Origin: Nanobdellota archaeon
GTDB taxonomy: Archaea > Nanobdellota > Nanobdellia > Nanobdellales > Nanobdellaceae
Reading direction: 5' to 3'
Assembly (NCBI GenBank): GCA_020697515.1
Contig: JAIXNB010000034.1
Location: 1-5,536 of the forward strand
Length of the DNA stretch: 5,536 nucleotides
The first letter of the stretch is position 1. Each line of letters opens with the position of its first letter. Below, one piece after another: positions 1 to 4,305 of the stretch. The translations under genes were made by a program, and so were the position numbers. Below the pieces are notes generated by a model. That model was not told where the DNA came from. It saw nothing but the letters and a program-made list of their open reading frames with translations, and searched no databases.

Positions 1-38
1 GCCCTCATAATTACCTATAGTACGCAAAGGTACTTAAA

Positions 39-335
39 ATGTATGGTGGTGTTATATATATGTGCATTGAAATTAAATTGAAAAAGGAGATTTATGACAT
101 ATTGTTGGAAAGATATAAGACACAAGAGAAGGTGGAAAAAGTCGTGAACCATCTCCTACTTGAAATTATAAAGGGAAACTTTGTACCTAAATCAGAAGTA
201 GAGAAACTTAGGAACAACTTTGAGAGGAGATATAAAAAACTAAAAAAGGAGTTAGATACTTTAAAGTCTGAGTTAATACTCTATCTACACTACTCTCGTT
301 CTGATCGTTCAGAATATCCTTTGTTTTCATCCTGA
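39..335 (+). CDS. Small hypothetical protein (98 aa), possibly a ribbon-helix-helix-like N-terminus plus a C-terminal coiled coil
   Basis: ATG at 39 and TGA at 333-335; a second in-frame Met lies at 60. The N-terminal pattern IEIKLKKEIYDILLERYK..VEKVVNHLLLEIIKG fits a short strand-helix-helix (CopG/Arc-like). SEVEKLRNNFERRYKKLKKELDTLKSEL looks like a heptad coiled coil. I recognise no family, and the fold assignment is inference only. Confidence 0.5.
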   Translation: MYGGVIYMCIEIKLKKEIYDILLERYKTQEKVEKVVNHLLLEIIKGNFVPKSEVEKLRNNFERRYKKLKKELDTLKSELILYLHYSRSDRSEYPLFSS

Positions 336-490
336 CTCCTCCCTACCCTGAAGAGCGGGACCTTCAGTTCTGACCTCCTCCTCGCCCTAAAGGGCGAGGG
401 TTCCCCGCAGGGGAACCACCATCGCACCCGTCTCACGACGGGGTCATCGGCTCGGTTGGTGTCACCGGGCCGGGCCAGACGACCCTCTAT
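336..490. ncRNA. Candidate structured RNA of unassigned family: a 66% GC island of five consecutive hairpins
   Basis: I counted 102 G+C in 155 nt (66%), against 24/95 (25%) in the adjacent spacer. Hairpins: 348-353/362-367 (6 bp); 380-387/392-399 (8 perfect bp, loop TAAA); 400-406/410-416 (7-8 bp, GGTTCCCC/GGGGAACC); 427-432/437-442 (6 bp, loop UCAC on + and GUGA on -); 448-455/465-472 (8 bp), extended by 441-447/479-485. Strand evidence conflicts, as described in the findings. Confidence 0.5.
378..404. repeat. Copy A of a 27-nt hairpin-containing repeat (CTCCTCGCCCTAAAGGGCGAGGGTTCC)
   Basis: It is 23/27 identical to 585-611 in direct orientation. The core CCTCGCCC-TAAA-GGGCGAGG is a perfect palindrome. 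Confidence 0.7.
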
Positions 491-510
491 ACCTATTTTA
501 CATCACAAAA

Positions 511-518
511 TATAAATA
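511..518. promoter_or_regulatory. TATA-like box TATAAATA (TATTTATA on the minus strand) in the AT-rich spacer
   Basis: On the minus strand it is preceded by the purine-rich CCAAAAAG (BRE-like). It would place a start site near 488-490, exactly at the edge of the GC island. On the plus strand it would place a start near 541, just before the ATG at 545. TATA-like strings are common in DNA this AT-rich, so this evidence is weak. Confidence 0.3.
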
Positions 519-538
519 CTTTTTGGTTATCGGTAGAG

Positions 539-546
539 ATTTAAAT
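539..546 (+). promoter_or_regulatory. TATA-like box ATTTAAAT
   Basis: It would place a plus-strand start near 568-570, about 10 nt upstream of the 5' arm of the 580-590/728-738 helix. The support is weak and comes from spacing only. Confidence 0.25.
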
Positions 547-584
547 GCTTCAATCAATATTGCAAGAAAAGGAAAAGAAATTTA

Positions 585-611
585 CTCCCCGCTCTAAAGG
601 GCGAGGCTTCA
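585..611. repeat. Copy B of the 27-nt repeat (CTCCCCGCTCTAAAGGGCGAGGCTTCA), a degenerate hairpin
   Basis: It is 23/27 identical to 378-404. Its stem 587-594/599-606 carries one C-A mismatch and one wobble. It is followed directly by a second hairpin, 607-612/623-628 (CTTCAT/ATGAAG), which mirrors the two-hairpin arrangement of copy A. Confidence 0.65.
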
Positions 612-670
612 TGGTTGTGAGGATGAAGAAGTTTAGATATTGTAAAATTTAATAAGGATTAAGGGATGTT

Positions 671-725
671 TCCGTCGAGGAAGGAAGTAATAGGGATATA
701 GCTCGACGGATAATGAGTCCGTCGG
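671..725. promoter_or_regulatory. Three-part direct-inverted-direct motif TCCGTCGAG / CTCGACGGA / TCCGTCGG that can form two mutually exclusive hairpins
   Basis: 671-679 pairs with 702-710 (9 bp, 22-nt loop). The same 703-710 segment pairs with 718-725 (8 bp including one wobble, 7-nt loop TAATGAG). CGACGGA-N7-TCCGTCG is also a perfect 7-bp DNA palindrome. Confidence 0.4.
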
Positions 726-845
726 TGGGGGAGTGAATCCCAGAACCTCTGTATGAAGTCATAACCGTAAAAGGAGATAGAATGGAGGAAGCTCTGTCCT
801 TGGGGTGGAGGGGCTCATACCCTTCGTTCGCAACATTAGCTAAAA

Positions 846-853
846 ATATTAAA
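846..853 (+). promoter_or_regulatory. Probable proS TATA box (ATATTAAA)
   Basis: Its centre lies about 27 nt upstream of A877, which fits a leaderless proS mRNA. There is no Shine-Dalgarno-like GGAGG/GGTGA in 860-876. Confidence 0.4.
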
Positions 854-876
854 GGATATAATTTCGCCCTATTAAG

Positions 877-2517
877 ATGCAGAAAGAAAACAACTTTTCA
901 GAGTGGTATAATGAAGTAATAAGAAAAGCTGACATAATAGATGACAGATATCCTATAAAAGGAATGCCGGTTTATAAACCCTATGGATACAAAATAGTTT
1001 TAGGGATTTTAAGAATGCTTGAGGGTTTACTAGAGGAGGAAGAGTTTGAACCTATATGGTTTCCCATTTTAATTCCCTGTGAAATATTTAGTAAAGAATC
1101 TAAACATATAAAGGGTTTTGAAGAGGAGGTTTTCTGGGTTTTGGAAGGCGATCAAAAAAGGTTGATCCTTAGACCTACCTCAGAAACTGAAATGTACTAT
1201 ATGTATTCACTATGGATACAATCATACCAAGATCTGCCTATAAAATACTTCATGACGAATACTGTGTACCGATATGAGACTAAAGCAACAAAACCTCTTA
1301 TTCGTGGTAGAGAAATCCTGTGGAATGAAGCACATACTGCCCACAGGACTAAGGAGGAAGCTAAAAAGATGATAAAAAAATCCATAGATATTTATTTAAA
1401 GTTGTTCTGGGAGATTTGTTCTATTCCTCATATATGGATCATTCGACCCCAATGGGATAAATTTGCTGGAGCAGATTATACCATAGCCGCAGATACAGTT
1501 TTACCTGATGGCAGATTTTTGCAAATAGGAACTACCCATATGTTAGGGCAGAATTTTGCAAAAGCTTTTGAAATAAAATTCATGGATAAGCATCCGTATA
1601 TAAAAGTGGATGATTGTGTCTATGAAGCTGTTAGCAAAGATATGAATATAAAAATTAGATTTAAGGTACAGGATTCCTCCATAGAATATGAGATTTTTGA
1701 TCTTGAGAAGAGTTCAATTATAAGAAATGGGGAGTACAGGTTGGATAACAAAGATATTTTTATGGTTTTTGATGAAATTGTGGTTAAGGAACTAGGGAAG
1801 AACTTTTTAGAAAATCTTGACAGATATAAATATGTATGGCAAACTTCTTTTGGAGTATCTATGAGGTTTGCGGCTGCAGTAATAGCCATTCATGGAGATA
1901 ATAAGGGACTTATCTTACCATTTAGTATAGCACCGATCCAAATAGTGATAGTTCCAATATACTATGAGAACTCTCAGAGAGATTTAGTTCTAGAATATTC
2001 TAGAAAAGTATATGAATCATTGAAAACTGAGTATAGAGTTTATTTAGATGATAGGGAGGATAAAACTCCTGGATGGAAGTTTAACTATTGGGAATTCAAA
2101 GGAGTTCCATTCAGGATAGAAATTGGTCCTAGAGATATAGAGAAAAAGCGAGTTGTTGTTGCGATGAGACAAAGAGATTCTAAGGCTAAAAAAATTGTAG
2201 TAGAATTGGATAACATAAATAGTACTATAAAGCAACTAGTAGATGATTATGATAAATATATAAAAGAAGAAGCAAAAAAATATTTTGAAGAAAAGATTAT
2301 TCGAGTAGGATCATACAAAGACTTAAAAAGAGCTATATCTAAACTCAAAGTCGTAAAAGCTCCATTTTGTATGGAAGAAGGGTGTGCTAGAAAATTGAAA
2401 GAGGAATTACACGTGGAGGTTAGGGGTACAGACCTAGAACCTGAGGAAGCAGAAGGAAGATGTGTATATTGCAACAAACCTGCGAAGTATTGGGTGTATA
2501 TAGGTAAGAGTTACTGA
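877..2517 (+). CDS. proS: Prolyl-tRNA synthetase, archaeal/eukaryote-like class IIa type, with an atypical internal insertion
   Basis: ATG 877 is the first in-frame start after the TAA at 859-861. The N-terminus NFSEWYNEV..RYPIKG..Y.PYG matches archaeal ProRS as I recall it. Other matches: LRPTSET; motif 2 YRYETKATKPLIRGREILWNEAHTAH; motif 3 GVSMRFAAAVIAIHGD; the anticodon-binding domain (ILPFSIAPIQIVIVPI..KFNYWEFKGVPFRIEIGPRD); and a C-terminal Cys4 domain (C498, C503, C529, C532) ending in the conserved terminal Tyr. Confidence 0.97.
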   Translation: MQKENNFSEWYNEVIRKADIIDDRYPIKGMPVYKPYGYKIVLGILRMLEGLLEEEEFEPIWFPILIPCEIFSKESKHIKGFEEEVFWVLEGDQKRLILRPTSETEMYYMYSLWIQSYQDLPIKYFMTNTVYRYETKATKPLIRGREILWNEAHTAHRTKEEAKKMIKKSIDIYLKLFWEICSIPHIWIIRPQWDKFAGADYTIAADTVLPDGRFLQIGTTHMLGQNFAKAFEIKFMDKHPYIKVDDCVYEAVSKDMNIKIRFKVQDSSIEYEIFDLEKSSIIRNGEYRLDNKDIFMVFDEIVVKELGKNFLENLDRYKYVWQTSFGVSMRFAAAVIAIHGDNKGLILPFSIAPIQIVIVPIYYENSQRDLVLEYSRKVYESLKTEYRVYLDDREDKTPGWKFNYWEFKGVPFRIEIGPRDIEKKRVVVAMRQRDSKAKKIVVELDNINSTIKQLVDDYDKYIKEEAKKYFEEKIIRVGSYKDLKRAISKLKVVKAPFCMEEGCARKLKEELHVEVRGTDLEPEEAEGRCVYCNKPAKYWVYIGKSY

Positions 2518-2915
2518 TCTTGTTTTTGCATCTTAAGATATAGTAGGGACATACAAACAAAGAGAACAGCTAATGATAACATATATAGAGGATCTAACTT
2601 TTCTACTTCCACCAATATAATTTTTCTTAATACTGCAACCAAGGCAGCTTCTACTAACGCATTTAGGTAAACATCGGGATTCGCAACGTATATATATACT
2701 GTTCTCAGAAGCTCTATCAAAACGAATACTAATAGAATGTCTCCGAGCATGTTTTTAACATTAATTGGTTCAAACCTTTCTAGAGGGTTTGCATAGAGTA
2801 AATTAAAAATATAGTACACCAGTTTGAACAAAATCATAAAAACTAGCAGAGATAGTATTACTGCAACTGTTATCTTAAAAATGTATATTATTTTCTTTCC
2901 AAGATCCATTAGCAA
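2511..2915 (-). CDS. Small integral membrane protein, PsiE-like (four predicted TM helices)
   Basis: There are four hydrophobic segments. LIELLRTVYIY and EAALVAVLRKIILVE resemble the FEFIALIVKYF and GITAIVRLIIVD segments of the PsiE family as I recall them. The 2915 start in the ORF track is a TTG (plus strand CAA at 2913-2915). A canonical ATG sits two codons downstream at 2909-2907 (MDLGKK..) and is the more likely start. The stop is TAA at 2513-2511. Confidence 0.7.
   Translation of the reverse strand: MLMDLGKKIIYIFKITVAVILSLLVFMILFKLVYYIFNLLYANPLERFEPINVKNMLGDILLVFVLIELLRTVYIYVANPDVYLNALVEAALVAVLRKIILVEVEKLDPLYMLSLAVLFVCMSLLYLKMQKQDQ
2523..2527 (+). terminator. T5 tract 6 nt after the proS stop (candidate archaeal oligo-T terminator)
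   Basis: The sequence reads TGATCTTGTTTTTGC. Archaeal RNA polymerase terminates at oligo-T tracts. The tract lies inside the 3' end of the convergent membrane-protein gene. Confidence 0.35.
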
Positions 2916-2947
2916 ATTTAATCTTATCCTTTAAATATCTTTGTATT
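2910..2947. promoter_or_regulatory. Compact 38-bp divergent promoter region with two back-to-back TATA-like boxes
   Basis: AATTTAAT (2915-2922) lies about 26-29 nt upstream of ATG 2948. TATTTAAA on the minus strand (2937-2930) lies about 25-27 nt upstream of ATG 2909. Both genes would be leaderless or nearly so. Confidence 0.35.
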
Positions 2948-3166
2948 ATGGGTGTTCTCTTAATAGTAAAATGTCCAAAATGCGGAAGGCTTCAAATTTT
3001 CTTGCCAGTTACAAAGGACTATAGAAAATGGAGAAAAAAATGTGTATATTGTGGATATTCATTCACTATAAATCCCAAATCAAAGCATAGCAACTCTATT
3101 ATAGTTATGGTGACTACAAATCCAAGAAAAGCTCAGGATTTTATTAAAAAGTATCAGAAAATATAA
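2948..3166 (+). CDS. Small zinc-ribbon protein, DUF1922-like
   Basis: It has CPKC..(19 aa)..CVYC. The layout LLIVKCPKCGR....KKCVYCGYSF.....I......A.DFIKKYQ resembles the archaeal MTH1184/DUF1922 family as I recall it (IIFRCDCGR...RKCVCGRTV...EEASELVRKLQ). Confidence 0.7.
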   Translation: MGVLLIVKCPKCGRLQIFLPVTKDYRKWRKKCVYCGYSFTINPKSKHSNSIIVMVTTNPRKAQDFIKKYQKI

Positions 3167-3171
3167 CTATA

Positions 3172-4305
3172 TTATTTTTTGTATAACTTATTAATTATAC
3201 TCTGTATTACTTTTATATTATCACTTTTAACTAAGCTTCTATCTACATATACTCTTAATTGATACATGTCTCTTTCGGCTTTTAGTATGTTCCTTAATAG
3301 AGAGGATAGTTCTACCAACTTCTTAGATTCTCCATCTATCAAAACTTTTATGTTAGTGTGCCACTTCCTTTTTTTATTAGACATGGGCCACAAATACACG
3401 AAATTGGAGTTTAAAGCGGTACGAAGATCCTCTAATAATTCATTATACTTCTTAAAATCATAATTTTGAATAGTGTCTAACTTTATAGTGAATACTAATT
3501 TCGGCAAATCTCTATTTTCTAGTTTTTTATGGTAGGTGTCGTTTTTTGATCTAAGAATAGAGATTAATTGACAGTCATCCATACTATATATTTCTTCTGG
3601 AGAGAACTCATCCAGAAGATTCTTTATACTCTCCTGTAATAACAAAGATGAAGCGATCACAGTTTTATGTAAATAGACTGTCCTATACATAATCAACCTG
3701 CTAGCTAATATGGATTCTGTAATGGGTATTGCTTTTTCTTTGAGAGCGATGGTATTTTTATTTTTATCTACAATAAAATTGTAAATTAAGTAGAAAATAT
3801 TATTTATTCCACTAAAATTTCCAGTAAAGTATGCATCTCTTTGTAGGTAATCCAATCTGTCTGCATCTAGATCTCCTGCCACTATACCAACACCCCTCCC
3901 AGAAATCTCTTTTATAATCTCTCTATATCTGACCCCAATATCGCTCAACAAATCTTTTAGACATTTTATTTTCTTTATAGATAGATCTTCATGTTTAACT
4001 CCTGTAAAGTTTTTTAATACCTCTTCTGATAAATGAGAAAAAGGTCCGTGACCTATATCGTGCAAAAGTCCTGCAGCAATATAGAGACTTTTATCTAGTT
4101 CTAGATTTTCAGCAATCATACCGGCCAAATAGGCAACACCAAGAGAGTGTTCGAACCTTGTATGATTGGCAGAAGGATATACTAGATATGCTGTCCCTAA
4201 TTGCCTAATCCTTCTTAATCTCTGTAAATATGGGTTATCAATAAGTGATTTGAAATATTCTGGAAAAGTCACGATGTTATATAAAGGATCTGCTATCTTT
4301 ATCAT
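3172..4305 (-). CDS. HD-domain metal-dependent phosphohydrolase, dNTP triphosphohydrolase-like (SAMHD1/EF1143-type, COG1078-like)
   Basis: Matching segments are DPLYNIVTFP....IDNPYLQRLRRIRQLGTAYLVYPSANHTRFEHSLGVAYLA, LLHDIGHGPFSH and DLDADRLDYLQRDAYFTG. Together these give the H..HD..D metal-binding signature of this family. Confidence 0.92.
   Translation of the reverse strand: MIKIADPLYNIVTFPEYFKSLIDNPYLQRLRRIRQLGTAYLVYPSANHTRFEHSLGVAYLAGMIAENLELDKSLYIAAGLLHDIGHGPFSHLSEEVLKNFTGVKHEDLSIKKIKCLKDLLSDIGVRYREIIKEISGRGVGIVAGDLDADRLDYLQRDAYFTGNFSGINNIFYLIYNFIVDKNKNTIALKEKAIPITESILASRLIMYRTVYLHKTVIASSLLLQESIKNLLDEFSPEEIYSMDDCQLISILRSKNDTYHKKLENRDLPKLVFTIKLDTIQNYDFKKYNELLEDLRTALNSNFVYLWPMSNKKRKWHTNIKVLIDGESKKLVELSSLLRNILKAERDMYQLRVYVDRSLVKSDNIKVIQSIINKLYKK
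3175..3180 (+). terminator. T6 tract 9 nt after the zinc-ribbon gene stop (candidate oligo-T terminator)
   Basis: The sequence reads TAACTATATTATTTTTTG. The tract lies inside the last codons of the convergent HD gene. The reciprocal minus-strand T5 (plus-strand AAAAA at 3146-3150) lies inside the zinc-ribbon gene and could terminate the fen-HD transcript. Confidence 0.35.

Larger units (their letters stand above)
580..835 (+). ncRNA. Candidate structured RNA or long structured upstream region of proS (unassigned)
   Basis: About 47% GC (117/250 counted for 586-835), with a purine-rich plus strand (GGAAGGAAG, GGTGGGGGAG, GGGGTGGAGGGG). Helices: 580-590/728-738 (11 bp including one G-U); 607-612/623-628; 671-679/702-710 (9 perfect bp); 703-710/718-725 (8 bp including one G-U); 803-810/814-822 (8 bp, one bulge, and a G-U valid only on the plus strand). 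The strand call rests only on wobble pairs and G-richness. Confidence 0.35.

Noticed and set aside
399-417. The GGTTCCCC-GCA-GGGGAACC dyad resembles the TTCC...GGAA dyad of archaeal origin recognition boxes and lies next to an AT-rich stretch that could act as an unwinding element
   Set aside because: There is only a single copy. Its centre and length differ from the ORB and mini-ORB consensus as I recall it. No orc1/cdc6 gene is in the window, and no G-string follows in the expected position. I kept this only as a minor alternative under the repeat finding.
333-515. The TGA stop of ORF1 is followed by 59 in-frame sense codons through the GC island (possible read-through, selenocysteine recoding, or SECIS-like hairpins)
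   Set aside because: Long open frames are expected in 66% GC sequence because stop codons are rare there. The translation (LLPTLKSGTFSSDLLLALKGEGSPQGNHHRTRLTTGSSARLVSPGRARRP..) is R/G/S/P/L-rich with no domain-like pattern. I could not find the GAA/A internal-loop architecture of archaeal SECIS elements. The minus-strand open frame across the island likewise lacks an ATG start.
346-601. A MITE-like element bounded by 14-nt imperfect inverted repeats (346-359 / 588-601)
   Set aside because: I see no flanking target-site duplication. The putative termini are themselves parts of local hairpins. The copy number cannot be assessed from this window.
800-822. GGGGTGGAG resembles the GGGUGG core of the bacterial T-box antiterminator, located upstream of an aaRS gene
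   Set aside because: Only six nucleotides match. The rest of the T-box consensus (..NACCNCG) and any specifier-loop architecture are absent. T-boxes are known only in bacteria, and proS has a proximal TATA box implying a leaderless mRNA.
336-835. Known RNA families in the GC islands: tRNA or split-tRNA halves, tRNA-Pro (CUUGGGG at 799-805), 5S rRNA, RNase P RNA, SRP RNA, C/D and H/ACA sRNAs
   Set aside because: There is no T-arm (GTTCRAATC) on either strand. The stem around the UGG-containing loop at 799-805 does not pair. GGCTCGGTTGGT (449-460) resembles a D-arm, but the rest of a cloverleaf cannot be built. GGAAAGUCC and its complement are absent; only weak look-alikes such as CUGAAGGUCC occur on the minus strand. 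No AGCA/GGAA helix-8 motif is present. The CGAUGA and CUGA elements on the minus strand are about 80 nt apart with hairpins between them. No two-sided pseudouridylation pocket followed by ACA is present. All of this rests on inspection by eye, so a covariance-model search could overturn it.
782-919. A 45-codon plus-strand ORF (MEEALSLGWRGSYPSFATLAKNIKGYNFALLRCRKKTTFQSGIMK) overlapping the proS start out of frame
   Set aside because: It overlaps the proS promoter and its first 14 codons in another frame. I see no supporting promoter spacing or recognisable motifs, so it is most likely a chance ORF within the G-rich island.
1612-1824. Intein or intron as an explanation for the ProRS insertion (the Cys at DD-CVYEAV suggested an intein N-terminus)
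   Set aside because: The segment is far too short for even a mini-intein. There is no His-Asn followed by Cys/Ser/Thr at the C-terminal junction. No bulge-helix-bulge motif is evident at the boundaries, and the segment is in frame with host-like composition.
1197-2477. Four minus-strand ORFs inside proS (1197-1385, 1620-1889, 2044-2235, 2247-2477)
   Set aside because: All are antisense to a confidently identified ProRS gene. Their F/L/S/I-rich, low-complexity translations are what is expected from reading K/E-rich AAR/GAR codons backwards. I recognise no motifs in them.
2913-2915. The ORF-track start of the membrane protein at 2915
   Set aside because: That codon is TTG (plus strand CAA). 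An ATG two codons downstream (2909-2907) has better TATA spacing, so 2909 is the more likely start. The gene call itself is kept.
3266-3463. Plus-strand 65-aa ORF inside the HD phosphohydrolase gene
   Set aside because: It is antisense to a gene with clear family motifs, has a hydrophobic low-complexity translation, and has no plausible promoter spacing.
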